Of a stretch of DNA of 64,000 bases, positions 37,828 to 51,659 are shown in pieces (position 1 is the first letter of the stretch; each line of letters starts with the position of its first letter). Both the position numbers and the translations under genes were made by a program. The stretch is from Geosiphon pyriformis uo1 (lineage: Eukaryota; Fungi; Glomeromycota): assembly GCA_016748015.1 (NCBI GenBank), contig JAAOMT010000735.1, positions 62,001 through 126,000 on the forward strand, in the 5' to 3' direction. A model generated the notes under the pieces. It saw only the letters and a list, made by a program, of their open reading frames with translations. It was not told the origin of the DNA and did not search any database.

Positions 37828-38850
37828 TTTTTTTTTTTTTTACATTTAATGAATAAAATCTAAACACTGACTAGTACTATACATTAAAAATTGATCTAAA
37901 CTAGATGTGAATTATGTATTTTTCACATGTGACCAGTCATTCAAGCCAATTAGGACAACACTAAGCACTTACATAAACCAAGACTGGGTTCTCAATATCT
38001 GAAAAAAACAAATGAAACTTATGAAAACCAAAACCAACACCAAATATTTCAGCAATACTCAGCAATTTAACCACACTAGCAGAAAGCATTAAAGACAATT
38101 CAAAAACTGAAACTAGAACCAAATCATCAACTGGTATCAGCTTATTTCTTTCCATAAAAGCATAATGTTTAGCATGGACCAATTAAATCTCATCTCTAAA
38201 AGTGAGACAAAAGTTATGCACAAAGTTTACAACTATTCAAACTGCAATCTTAAAACTATTGAAGACAGACACAGTCTTTTGAAGTCAATTTTTAAAGACA
38301 AAGCCCTTACAAAGAGCTGTACATACTGCAACATCCATAATACAGAAGAACAGAAATTAAGACACACATAAGAAAAAAAAAACCCCTCCCAGAAAGTGTA
38401 TCTCAAACAGCTGTATTGGTATCCAAAAATTGACAGCGAACAGAATCATTAATCACACAAGAAAAAACATGGTCTAAAATCTCAACATTACCACAATACA
38501 AACAAAATACACTGGGATAATACTTGTTGTATAGACACTTTTTAACAGCAACAGGTTGCCAATGATGTAAAACTTTCATGAAATATGTGTAAATACCAAC
38601 AATAAGCTTACTAATAAAACCAATAGCCATATGTGAGTCAAGATGCTATACCAAAAACAAGCTGAGCCAATCAATATCTGAAAGCAGATTATCATTCAAA
38701 ACTTTAAAACCAGAACCAACTTTTCAATACATATAATGAACAGCTCAAAAAATTCCATGAACAAAATATCTAAAATTATTAAAAATAATATTATTCTCAG
38801 TCAAAATATAATATTCTTCCAAATAGGAGGGAAAGTACCAGAGAAAAATG
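37828..38850 (-). mobile_element. 5'-truncated LINE copy 3 (ORF2 C-terminus, 3' UTR, poly(A))
   Basis: CLYCGNVEILDHVFSC zinc finger homologous to 40879-42102; T tract at ~37828-37842 on the + strand. Confidence 0.85.
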
Positions 38851-39899
38851 TTTTTATTACAGAAAAATCTTTATATTTTAATATAAAGTTTTTGCAAAAA
38901 TAAGAAATTTAATAAATTATTATATATTTATGTGACCAAAAATAAATATATTTAGTATAATATATTCTTTTTTCTACTGTATTAATAACAATTTTGCTTG
39001 TTTTTATTTTTAAATAGCTGTATTTTACAAGTTATAAATACTATTTAAATATATTCAAATCTTACTATTTACTTTTTTTGGTATTTAGCACTAAATTTTT
39101 AAAAACTGCTAGAAGTTTATTATATTAATTATAATTTTTATCTTTATTATTCAATTGTTTATTAATATTATTATTTGCTTTTATATTAGTCTTATTAAAC
39201 AGTTTTTTATTAAATTTTTCAACAAATTTTTTAATATTCTAAAAAATATACAATATAAAAGTTTTTTTTACTGTTTTATGCTGTTGTTAATTTTTTTTTC
39301 ATTAATATAACTTAAGTTTTTATATAATATAGTCTATATACTTTATAAAAAACATATTTTTAATCATATCTTTTACTGTTTTTTGAAGTTTTTTAACAAT
39401 ATTTACATTATTATTATTTTTTATTGGCTTATTATAAACAAAAAAACTATTAATACTATTATAATTATCCAGTTTATTATTGAAAAAAAAATTTTTAAAG
39501 TTTTAAAAATTTTTTTGTAGTAATATTTACAAATAATATTAATTTTACTATTAATAATAATTTTAATTAAAAGATAAATAATTTTATTTATTTATAAATG
39601 TATTTTATATTAGTTTTATATTTTTTAATATATTTTTTTATTTTAAATTTTTTTTTTCTTATTACATTTAATGAGTGAGACCTAAATGCCATTTAATTTG
39701 GTCTTTATTAACTATAATTTTTATAATTTTTATAATATTTAAATAATTATTATAATAAAAATAATTATAATTGTAAAATTATGTAAATATGTAATTTAAA
39801 AACTCGAATTTGTATCAATAAAATTACAATATTATTGTATTTTATAACAAATTAATATTTTAAATTTGGCTATTTTAAAATATTTTGGTTAAGACTAAA

Positions 39900-40266
39900 T
39901 TGTATATATTATACAACTTATTATAGTATTATTTTATAATTTAACACTTTTTTTATTATTATTTTGGCAAATTAAAGATATATTTTGGCAAACTATAAGT
40001 TATTTTTACAATTTATTAATTATTTTATTAAATTTTTAAGTATTTAATAAATTGTTAAATATTATATAGTTTAAAATATTATATAGTCTAATATATTTTA
40101 ATTATATTTATATATTATATAAATTAAATTATTGTTTAAATAGTAATATTTATTAATTTAATAAAATAATAAGTAATAAATTAAAACAATAATATATATT
40201 AATTAATAATAAAAATTATAAAAATAATTTTGTGTTAATTAATAATTCAAATTTTTACTAATAACA
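39900..40266 (-). repeat. Heavily decayed fragment of GyC-related LTR
   Basis: Minus strand begins TGTTATTAGTAAAAATTT, similar to the start of the 35458 copy; very AT-rich. Confidence 0.6.
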
Positions 40267-40677
40267 ACCTCTTACTTAAGAATTAATTTAAATCAAAATT
40301 AATTAATGTGTTTTTTTTGTTATTGTTTAAAACAAATTTTTTATTTATTTATGATCATAATAAAATTAAATATTATAATTAATATTAATAATACAAAATT
40401 AATAAAAAAGCCAAAAAAACCAAAAAAACCAAAGCTTTATTTTTTATAAAAAAAAATAAACTTTAAAACATTAAAACTATTAAAAACACCAGAAAAAAAT
40501 CTTTTAGTATTTTTATTAAATATAGCAAAAATATAAAATTTTTATTATTATTATTATTATTATTAATAAGTGCAGTCCAACCAAAGTCTAAAATAAGTTA
40601 CAAAAAAAAGTAGCCAACTAAACATGATTCATGTATTTACTATATGTGACCGGCCACTCGAGCCAATCAAGACAACA

Positions 40678-43600
40678 TTACACACTTATAAAAACACTAA
40701 TCCTATGAACAGCACCAGACAAAAACAGAAACCTATCCCTAAAACCGAAACTGACATCAAGAGAATCCAACACACTAGTAAGATGGACCGTGCTAGCTGA
40801 GAAAAGCAGAACACCCACAACATTATCACCAATCAAACCACTTCTCTCCATGTCAGACCTAAACTTAGTTCTAAAAAGTCAAAAGTTCATCCTATGACTC
40901 TTAGCTAAATAACGAATGAAATCCACTACCACAAAAGCCGCTTTCTTCTTGTCACTGAGAGAAGCAATGGCCTTATCCATCCAACTCTTGAGAACAAATC
41001 TCTTGCAAAAAACTAAATACAAACCAACATCAAACACCCCCAGAGAGAGATCTCGCAACACAAAAGATGGCAATAATAGATCAGGACCCATCAGAGTTTT
41101 CCACAAACCACCAAAGTCACCCAAAATATCCGACTGCATAGAAACATTTTTAACACAAGTAAAGCCGTGATCAGAAAGTTCCACATCACCACAAAATAGA
41201 CATGCCACACCAGAGTAATCCTTATTATACAGCCTCTTCCAAACAGCAACAGACAACTTGAAATGAACAGCTTTCATGAAGTATGTATGAAGAGCAGCAG
41301 TGGCTCGACACATACTCCCAGAGAGCATATGAGAATCAGAGTGCCAAACTAGAACAGTACTATTACAATCGACAACCAGACCAAACAAACAAGACAAAAC
41401 CTCTTGGCCAGGACCCACTTCCCATTGAAACTTGCAAATGGAATGAAAAATGTTACGTACAAAATAGTGGGCATTACCAGAAACTGGCCTGTCATCAGCA
41501 ACCACATATCTACAATTAACCCTGACAGAGAGAAAGACCCTAGAATGTGCAGCTTGTTCAGCAAAAACATCAGCCATAACATTACCAGTAATGCCAGCAT
41601 AACCTTTAACTTTGATCCAGCGAACAATCAGATCTTTGGATTTAATCAAATCAACCACATGGCACCTTTCTATCCAGCAACTATTGCGACAATCCGGCTG
41701 TAAGAGACCCAATTTGGCCACACATGCATCAATAGCCACTTGACTATCTGTGTGCAAAGCCACTGAAACAGAAGCAGAAATGCACTTTAGAGCCAGGACA
41801 ACAGTCTGTAATTCAGCCAGGGTCGAAAACAGCACACCATGTACCTCCACCCCTAAACTTTTGTTCAAGCTAGGAAAATAAGCAGCAGTCCCACATGCCA
41901 CCTGAAACGTACCCAAGCCTCTAAAAGAACCATCAGTATAAACATTAATCTCATCAGCCCACAATCCATGAATCTCCTCACGAATATTGGCAAAAGACGT
42001 CGAATCTAAAACACTAGCACAGACAGAAGCTAAACTCGCAGAAAGGGGAGCATGCAAACAATTATTCAAGTGAGTAGAGGCTTTCAAAAACCATAAAGGC
42101 ATGGGGCCTCTAGAACCAAGTCTCTTCCATCAGCGAAACATATGCCAACTAACAACAGAACTCTTTTTGTCCAGAAGTTGGTTACCATATGCCACACCAG
42201 CAATTTTTAAGGAGTGAACCACATTGAAATACAAAGGATCACCCAATACCAATGACATTGGAAAATGGCCAGGAGAGCGAAAGACACAGGGAAGCCTGTT
42301 ATCCAAAGACAGTTTGTTGTCAAGAAATATACAAACCACACCTGCTAGAAAATTGTTTGAAGTGTTCACTTTCAGCTTAACAGGATATTGAAAAGGATTC
42401 AGCAGAGTCCAGCACAAAACTTGCAAATCCAAAAATTGATGTTTGAACAGGTGGCTAAGAATTCCAGAAAAATTTGCAAATTGCACAATAGAAGCTACTT
42501 TGCATTCAGCCTGCAACTGTTCAAAAGATTTCAGTCCATAAAGAGAGGGGTGGTGCAACGTCTCATTGGAAAAGTTTCTTGGCAAATTGGCTTTTGACCT
42601 AAGACCTTTTCTAATCAGAACATCCCATTTTAGACAAACAGCTTTGGAAACAAAACTAAACTGTGTCTGATAACTGACTATAGACTGCAAAACAGCTAAA
42701 ACCAGATAAAAGAATTGTTTATTAGAGATAGCCTTTCAGAAAATCATATTTGAAAAGAACCTAATATCTGAATTGGTTTTGGCAAGACTCGACTTAAACA
42801 AACCATCGGTGGACAAGAAAATACTCAAATATCAATGACTTACACCAGAACTGGCAACAGCAATAGCCTGGCTGTTGATGAATAAAACAGGAACCCCCAC
42901 TCTTTTGTTGATAGGAATGGCAACTGTCTTCTCATTGTTTATATTAATGTCATTGATGAGGAAAAACTCGCTGGCTATATTAAAAATGTGCTGTGTAGAG
43001 GCCTACCTATTTCCCACCCAAATAGTGTCATCAACAAAGGCGCCAGCCATGAAAAAAGAAGTCATATCCCCACTAGTCTCAATCTTTCTGGTCTTTGCCA
43101 CAAAGTTTGAATTGATCCGATAACCACACAAATGATCTTGTCTCACAATTTCACATAACAAAGGGTTGTAAAAAATTCTCCAAAGAAGAGGTGAGAAAAC
43201 TTCACCCTAATCCAAACCATCAAGAACTTTGTATTTATCAGATAGACCAAAATCTGTCATGACTCTGTTGAAGCAATTGTTGTAAATGTTGCCAAAAAAC
43301 TTGATGAACTTGCCACACATTTTGATACAGCATAAATTAGCTTCCAAATAAGGCCAACCAACAGAGTCATACGCTTTGCACATGTCTTGAAGAACCAGCC
43401 AAAGTTCACGGTCTTTTTCCAAAACATCCTCCACAATTGAACCTACAGCTGAAATTGGTGACTAAGTGGAAGTGCCTTTGAGGACAGAAAAGTTATTACC
43501 ACAGAGAACATCAAACTTACTACAAGCAAGAGAGATCTTGTCTGAGAGAACTTTTGACAAAATTTTTCTGGCTGTCTTAATTAATGCAATAGGCCGTGTA

Positions 43601-45342
43601 TTTGACAAAATGCCATCCCAATTATAAGGCTTAGGAATCATGGACACCCAGGCCTCTTTCCAATGGACTGGAACATCACCAAACTACAAACAAGAGTTTA
43701 GTAAAGACAATAAACACTCCAAAACCAAACAGCCAGCATGTTTCCAAAGTTCATTGGTGATGCCAGACAAATCAGCAGCTTTGCCATCAGGAAGATTGCT
43801 TATAACTGAAGACATCTCATACATGGTAATATCACACATAACCAGACTAAAAACACTATCATTAACATAGACCAAAGGGGCATATTGTTGTGCCCAGAGA
43901 CCAGACAGAACAGGAAGAGCATTCTGCTTTCTGGTCCAATTAACCATGATGTTATCCACTTTGAGCTTCACTTCATTAGGTTCCAAAATAAGAGAATTAC
44001 CAACAACCAAATAGTCTAGAACAACTTTGTGAAAGGGCCGCTCTAAAATGCTCCAAATCATCCCACCTTTGTCCGTATCAAACTTTTTCATATGCTTATT
44101 AATTGTGTCTCTGATAGCAGATCTTTTGGCCACCTCAGATTTATAATATTTGGACTTTTTATATTGCTTTCTAACTTTTGAAAGATGACTTATCAAGCCA
44201 GCAGAACTCACACCATCCCCAACTATATCATGAACTTTGGAAGCTTCAGAAGGATCAGCTTTAAACCAAGTGTTAGCCAGACAATTAAAGCCCAACGTAT
44301 CATTCAGTCTCAGCACCTTTAATAACTTGGCAACCAACAGCTTCAATCTGGAAAATTTAGAAGAAAGTTTATTCTTAACACAATCAAATTCACTATACCA
44401 ATGTCTTGAAAATTTTTTTTCAGCAGAAGCAGTCATGGCTTCAGCTAGTACCTCCCACATTCCATCCAAGTTGCCACTATCCTCAGCCATCTTGAACCTA
44501 TCCAAAAAACCCAAAAGTGCACACTTAGAAAGTTCTTTGAAATGCACCCACTTTTTCTCATCAGCATCCTTAATCTTAAACTTCCAGTGATTCTTATTAG
44601 CATGCTTGTGGATGCTGTTCAAACGAGCATCCAAAAGACCACCCAGTCCAATAGACATTGAGACAGCCAAGTGATCCATGTTCAAAAATTCTGAAACAGA
44701 ACTAATATCATGATTCACAACAGCCGAAATCAAAGAGTCACTAACTAGAATATAGTCCAAAATCTTGCTAATGCCTCTTGAATTGCTCTAAGTAGGAATC
44801 CTAACTAGAAAATGGCCACCAAAAACATTAACCAGACCCAAACCTAAACATTTTCTAAGACTTGCCCCCTTGACTGAATTGTCTTCATTAAAGTTTCCAT
44901 CCAAAACAACAAAAGAACTTTTGTTGACAGTATCAGCAATGAATGAATTAATAACAGAAGCCTGAGCAAAATGGTCACCACCAGATGCACAGGCATAAAG
45001 CCCAATAACAGACACAGAAAGCTTGTTCTTAAACAAAAGATGAATCAAAAGAACTCTGCCCTTCACCTCCTCAACTTTGGAAACATGATGAGCCAGAGAA
45101 TTGTTCACAAAAATGGCTACACCAGCCCCACAAAACCCAACATCCAGACCAGACATAAAAACCTGAACACCCTCAAACCTTTTTATGATCCATGATTGTA
45201 AACTGAAACACAACTTGGTTTTTGTAACAATCGAAATTGAACTACCAGATTTTTTATGTCAACAAAAAATGTCCTCCTGTTTTGCAGGATTGTTCATTTC
45301 CCTAATATTACACATGGCAATTTTTCAAATAAAACTGGTTAT
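40678..45342 (-). pseudogene. LINE ORF2: AP endonuclease, RT, RNase H, C-terminal zinc finger
   Basis: AMCNIR, LDYILVS, DHLAV; TRPIALI, QDMCKAYDSV, AFVDD; VYTDGS, AEL, HTDSQ, WIKVKGYAGITGNVMAD; CLFCGDVELSDHGFTC. Several in-frame stops. Confidence 0.92.
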
Positions 45343-47201
45343 TGTGACAAAGAAATAACCAAAGAACCTGAGCCAGCACACAACTGATCCAACTTAGCCA
45401 AAATTGAACCAATGGAGATGTCGAGGGCAACCAACTTTGATTCCAGACCACCAACTTTGGAAGTCAGGACTTTGGAACTATTCAGACCCAAGAGCAAATC
45501 GGCAACATCCAAAGAGAAAGAAGTAGACTGGACAACAAGATCATCAACTGCCATGTCAAAATCTAAGTCGGAGTTTGCAACCACAAGAGGCACAGAGGTT
45601 GGAGACTGAGAAACAACCACAGAAGGAACCATTTGAAAGGAAGGTGCTGAGGGTGCTGAACCAATATTGTCAAGATGAGAAAAAATGTTCAAAATTTGAT
45701 CAGACAAAAGCTCCACAGAGCATTCCAGAAGTGCTAAGCAAGCACCCAAAGGAGAATTGACCACAGGTAAAGGAGAAGATGTCCCACCCAAACTCAAAGC
45801 ACCAAAAAGTAAGAAGCCAGAACCAGAACCAGCACAAAAACCATGAGAGACTGAAGCAACTGAGACCACTTGAGCCCAAAATTTACCACCAAAGGCAACA
45901 GGACGAGAGATTGGTACATTCTTCTTTGTATACAATTTGGCCAACTAGAGACGAGTATCTAGGTTGGCAGGCTTTATAAAAAACTTTAAAGATTTAAGGG
46001 CTGATGCAACCTCAGCATTACATTTCAAGGCAGAATGACCAAACTTCCCATACTGTTCACAATGAACCAAATCCAGCCTAGCCCATGAGAATTTCACACC
46101 ACCAAAAATTGGCTCCGTGTGAAAAGCCAATTCCAAAACCTCATTAGAATCAAAACAAACAACAGCACAGTGGACCCTATTACCAGTCTCCAATGACCGA
46201 TTTATGACACAAGTTTTTCCACCAGCACCTTCAAGAAGATCCCCAAGATCATAAGCAGTAGTTTCCACCAGCAAAGTAAACAAAAGTGCCCTGAACCAAT
46301 TTCTAGATGCCCAAGTTTCACAATCACTCACTGCCATAGCCACACGAACTGAGTCTTTACCAATCAGAAAAGACCACCTAACAGCCAAAGACACAGCCTG
46401 TTTCAGTTCAGCAAATTCTACTACAGTCTTCTGCCATAAACCAATCAACTGGATTTTGATCAACTTAATTTTTCCAAACTTGAATACTGTGGCGACAATC
46501 ATTTCCTTTGGCGTATTCATGAGAATTTCTTTGATTACTATGGTCTGATCTAAGCAAATTTCTTGTCTCTTAAGATCACTGTTTACTATGATATTATTTT
46601 CTCTGGCCAATGATGTAGCCTTTTCCATGCTTTCTGACAAAGTAAACGTTGATCTGATGATCTCTTTAAATTTTGAAGGAGTAGTGGTCCCCCCAAAACT
46701 ATTGATTATCAAAAATAATTTTCTGATAACCTGAGTCTTGGCTGTCACCGATTTTCCCTCCACAGCAGATAGATTGATGTCCAAAGTAAACAATTTCTTC
46801 ACAGCAACTTCCACTTAAGACTTAACAATTTTGGGGTTTACCCACATCTTTTCTAAAGAGAAAGACAAATAGGAAGGAAGAAAAACTTCCTCCTTATCAT
46901 CCATGTCATAATTAATAGAGGCAAAAGGGAAACCGACAGCCGCACCAGTATTGAAATGCTTTGCATTGGACATATTCATTTGGGAGTTGGAAGCGGCTCT
47001 ACCATCAGAAACTTCTCCATTCGTATCCATGCTAGTAAATTGCCCGTCCACACTAACAGACCCATTATCTTTGAGATTCTTATCTGCATTTGAACATTTA
47101 ACACTACTGAGAGGCTTTTTGACTTTTTGAGTTGAACTACCACCAATTGAACCAGTGGATGAGACTTTGGCAGACCTTCTCTTAGCACTAGGACCATTCA
47201 T
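45339..47201 (-). pseudogene. LINE ORF1 (RRM-like domains, CCHC knuckle, coiled coil)
   Basis: Three abutting same-frame ORFs separated by single stops; FKFGKIKLIKIQ, CEQYGKFGHSALKC and heptad-like C-terminus. Confidence 0.88.
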
Positions 47202-48796
47202 AATGGCAGTCGGACCAACAACAAAAGAGTTTGATTTTTGTGAAATAGTGGAAAACAGTATGCAAAAACAGAAAAAACTTCTTTCAAAATTTGACTTTTT
47301 TTCAGGAATTTGGGACGAAAGAAAGAAAAAAGTTTTTATTAATATTACTTATAAAACTTTTTTTTTTTTTTTGTTTTTTTTTTTTTTTTTTTGGTTATTT
47401 TGATTTTTTTGGTTATTTTAACTTTTTTGGTTATTTGAGCAACAATAAAAAAAAAAAAAAAAAAAAATAACTTAATTATTAACTTTTATTAAATACTTTA
47501 GAACTTTAAAAAGAAATAAAAATTATATTAAAACTATTTTAAATAAGCTGTTTTAAAAAAATTTTTAAAAAAAATTTCTAATTAAAGATTAAAAAAAATA
47601 GTTTTAAAATAGCAAAAAATTGGTTAATTATTATTTTATTTAAAAAAATGCTTTATTAATTTAGAAATTATTAATTATTTAAAGTAATAAAAAAAATAAA
47701 AAAGTTATAGCTTTTTTTATTTTTTGCTTTAGTTGTAATTATAAAAATAAGAAAAAAAAGTAATTTTATTATTATTATTATCTTAAATAAAAAACTTTTT
47801 TTAAAAAATTAATTAATAATTAAAAAAAAAACAATTAAAAAAACAATTAAAATTAAAAAAATTTAAATGTAAAAACAATATATAAGTTTGGTTTAATATA
47901 TTTAAAACAGTTATTTTAACAATAAAATAATATTATTAAAAAACTATAAAATAATATTTTTTAATAAACATATTTATTATATTTTAATAAATTTAAAAAA
48001 TTATATTTGCAATTATTATTAAAAACCAAACCATATAAAATTAACTGTTATTTATAATTAAATAACCAAAAATCAAGAAATTAATCCAAAAATACTAATA
48101 ATTAATACCAAATTTCAATTTATAAATTTAAAACTTTACAAAAATAATATTAATAACTATTGTATTATATATTATAATTTAGTTATTAATATGTATTTTA
48201 TTAGCAACAATTATTTTATTTTTAAATTACATATTAAATACTATTTTTTAAACTATTATTACAATTGTAATAATTACAATAATGATCAATTTAATAAGAA
48301 AAAAACAAAAATTAAAGACTAAAAAACATTAATTTTCAACAAAATTAAAAATTAACAATAATTATTTATTAACCAGTTTCCAATATCATTAGCAATTAAT
48401 AAAGCTATTTAAATTTTTACAAAATCTCAAAAACCAAGACTATTACCAATAACCAAGAATTAAGTAACAATAATTCTATAAACAAAAACATTTTATCTGT
48501 TATTATTATTAAAAACGAAATGCAATTAGCATTTTTTTATTTGATTTGAATAAAAATAATAAAATCTTATACTTAAAGAAAGGAGAAATGTTTTTCGGCA
48601 AAAGTTTGGGGGCTAAACTTTTCGAAATGCCTGACTTGTCAATTATGACGGCCGGAACATCACTATTTTTTATTTTATACACCTTATACACCTGCTAAAT
48701 TTTTATCTAATTGTCCTAAAAATCTTTTAATATGCGAGACCGCAAAGAATACTTTAAATATGTTCTTATTCAATAAAGCTTCTTTAACTCAAAAAA

Positions 48797-49070
48797 ACCT
48801 GTACACTAATATAAAAGTTGACTTCAGTGCATCAAGCATATTTTGAACAGCAATTTAGAAGGCAGCATTATTACCAAACAATTTATGAACCAATTAGGTT
48901 ATCAAGTTAATTATGCTGTAAATGCTTGCATTATTATTGCTAATAAAATCCATTGGTAAGATTGACAATTTATTCTTTGAAGTGAATAGAATTATTATAC
49001 TTACCAAAGTCTTGGTCATAAAAGCCACCCAATATTAGGCACTTGTTGAAAACATCTGGCTGACAAAAAC
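48797..49070 (+). pseudogene. Isolated Gypsy protease fragment
   Basis: LYTN...GSIITKQFMNQLGYQV...TKVLVIKATQY*ALV..WLTK matches the GyA/GyB protease; no LTR seen nearby. Confidence 0.8.
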
Positions 49071-49581
49071 CAGCGAGTGCAAACTCATGCGAAGTGTTGT
49101 GTGTCTCGAAATTTTGCTTCGGGTGTGCACGGCAAAGCATCCGCGGATATTATCGATGAAGTATTGATTGTTGGGGATTAAGTAATTAGGCATAATATAA
49201 ATTAGCAAAAGTTAAACACGAATACAACACGAATCAAGGTCTATCAATACACACTATGATTTCGATATCGAAAAGATCTACAACAAAAAATGTAATCGCA
49301 AGACAAGAAAGATTACACAAAAAACTGTCCGGAAAATATTGTTAGGGATTATGATGAGTGGCATTGTTTGACCATGCAGGAAATAATAAGCGTTACATAA
49401 CAACGCTTAGCACTGCCATAATCCATCCGCTGTGTATAATGTTTTCTAGCATTAATTATGCTAACCAATGACCTATTGAAATTGAACAAGGCCTCTTTAT
49501 AGAATGAAGATTTACAAATGATTTATTGCTAATAACTTAGGTTATTCTCCGTTAATTTAAGATATCTATAGTGAGGGGTGC

Positions 49582-50896
49582 TCAAACATCAGGGGAACAA
49601 GTTGCCTTAATGGTATCAAAACTGTGTAATCGATTCATCTCAGAATTTTCTTGGAACCAAATATCATATGGTTCTCGGAATACACTAGCTGGTTTTGCCT
49701 CTAAAAATGGTTTCATTGAAGTATAATGTACAACTTTTATCTCATCATATAACATCTTCCATAAGAGTGGATGTCTGCGAAGAATGGATAAGTTAAAATT
49801 AAAGGTAATTGGTAGAGAAAGTGCTCTACAGAAACATAAATGTGTTGAGTTAAGGATCTGATTACTTAACAAAAGCATATTTCAGCTGATTATTCACCTG
49901 AAACGATAATATTCATTAAGGAAAGCTTGTTCCGCAAAATCTATATTGTAGTTGCCACGTATTTTGTATGTTCTCATTATCTCGTCAAAAACAATTTTAG
50001 AGGGTCTGAATGCCATAAATCCTACGAAGAATCGAAATTTATGTGATCTCCGTAGTATATCTTTAATCTATAATTCCCAAACAAGTCATAAAAATATATG
50101 GCTTACCAGCATTAAAATTGACATTCACAATACCATCAAAAACATCTGGAGCTGCAGCGTACTCGAATCCGGTAACCGTTGCATCATAAATTAGATTAAA
50201 CACATGATCCAATGGATGCACAACAAGTGCATCTGAATCAATATAGACAATTCCATCAAATTCCGAGAATTTCCACATCTGTAATTTTGTAAATTGATCT
50301 CGGAAATGTTCGCTGACACCTTCCCAAGGTGGAGCTAATCGATCAACAACACGGAGTTTCCAGCCCACAGCACGAAGCTGACATTTTGCCAAATAAGAGA
50401 TTTTCTCTGGGAAATATATTAGATGCATTTCATGATTTGGATGATGCTTTCTGATAGTGTACCCAAGGGTTAATGCCCCTGGTAAGTAATCCTCTGAATA
50501 TAGGGAACTAAAGAAAGTATTGTTCCTTGTTGTTGTATTACCATTGGAGAGGTTTTCCAACAAGGTTGTATTAGAGATGGTTGCTTCTTGATAGCGTAGT
50601 GCACAAGTGACTGTATCATGACAGGCATAAGTGCCATTAAGAAGGTTTGATCCAAACCAAGGAGTATTGACATATTGAAATATGAAAATAACGATGATTG
50701 TGTACGCAGTTGCGATCAAAAGTCCAACAAATAACTTTGCCAAAAAACGCAGCCGACCATGTTTATTAAAAAATAAGATTCTCGAGCAACAGCTTAAGCA
50801 TAGCCATCCCGCACCGCCATTCACACCGCCTGAAAAACTTTTCTCTACATCGTTCCCAAGAAGCGAGTGAGCGGCTTCGTCGAGAGACGAGACCAT
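49582..50896 (-). CDS. Glycosyltransferase family 8 (glycogenin-like fold), predicted type II membrane protein, 385 aa; exons 50896-50107, 50021-49898, 49825-49582
   Basis: GT-AG introns of 85 and 72 bp give one 1158-nt frame. Motifs YLPGALTLGYTI, FTKLQMW, YIDSD (DxD), AAPD, FNAGFM..PS, EQAFLN, LPITFN, VHY..MKPF; N-terminal hydrophobic helix. Confidence 0.93.
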
Positions 50897-51659
50897 TTCA
50901 ATACTGACAGTGCTCTTAGGAGGAGCTCGTTGTGCATGCGGTAATCTTCGATCAGCCAGGTTGACTCGATAAAGTTTTTAAAACAAGATATTAAAACCGT
51001 TAGTGACGAAAGGGAATCGATGATGGCGTTATACGTCATAGTGAAGACACAATGTAAATAATCAAAAATGATTTTTTCAATTCTGTCAAATGCTAAAAAT
51101 TAATTCATATTAATTATATAATCAAACTTTTAAATTAATTATAATATTTCAAAATTATTCTCATAGTTGTATTTTTATCTAAATTTAATACTAAAATATT
51201 AATCTTTTATTTTATATTTTTTTCTTATCAAGATATTTTATTTTTGTTTATGTATCCAATTTTGTTTGCACAAATGATTATGTTTAATAAAAATTTTGAT
51301 ATAAACTTTAATAAGTTTGAAAATAATAACAAATAAATATTTTAATTTATTAGTTATATATGTTAAAATTTAATTTTTTATAAATAAAAATACAAATACT
51401 TATGAGTTAGATTTTTGTTTTATTAATAAACTATTTAATATAAAACAATACAATTATAAATTTAATATTCAAAAATATAATAAAAAATTAAAATAAGTGT
51501 TAAAAATTAAGTTTTAATATTTTTAAATTAAAATTAAAACAATATATATATAGTGTACTCATATTTATTAAATTAATTTAAAAATTAAATAAAAGTTTTT
51601 GTAATTTATAAAATAAACAACTATTTAAAATAATTAATAATTATAATTTAGCTATAATC

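Larger units (their letters stand above)
40541..47390 (-). mobile_element. Full-length LINE (copy 2) with ORF1, APE-RT-RNase H-ZnF ORF2 and (TAA)n tail
   Basis: Domain order and motifs as in the two ORF entries; 3' (TAA)n at ~40542-40565. Confidence 0.92.

Noticed and set aside
39645-39710. Short match to the LINE/half-LINE 3' terminus as a possible SINE
   Set aside because: Too short and AT-rich to support a separate family; more simply a severely 5'-truncated insertion.
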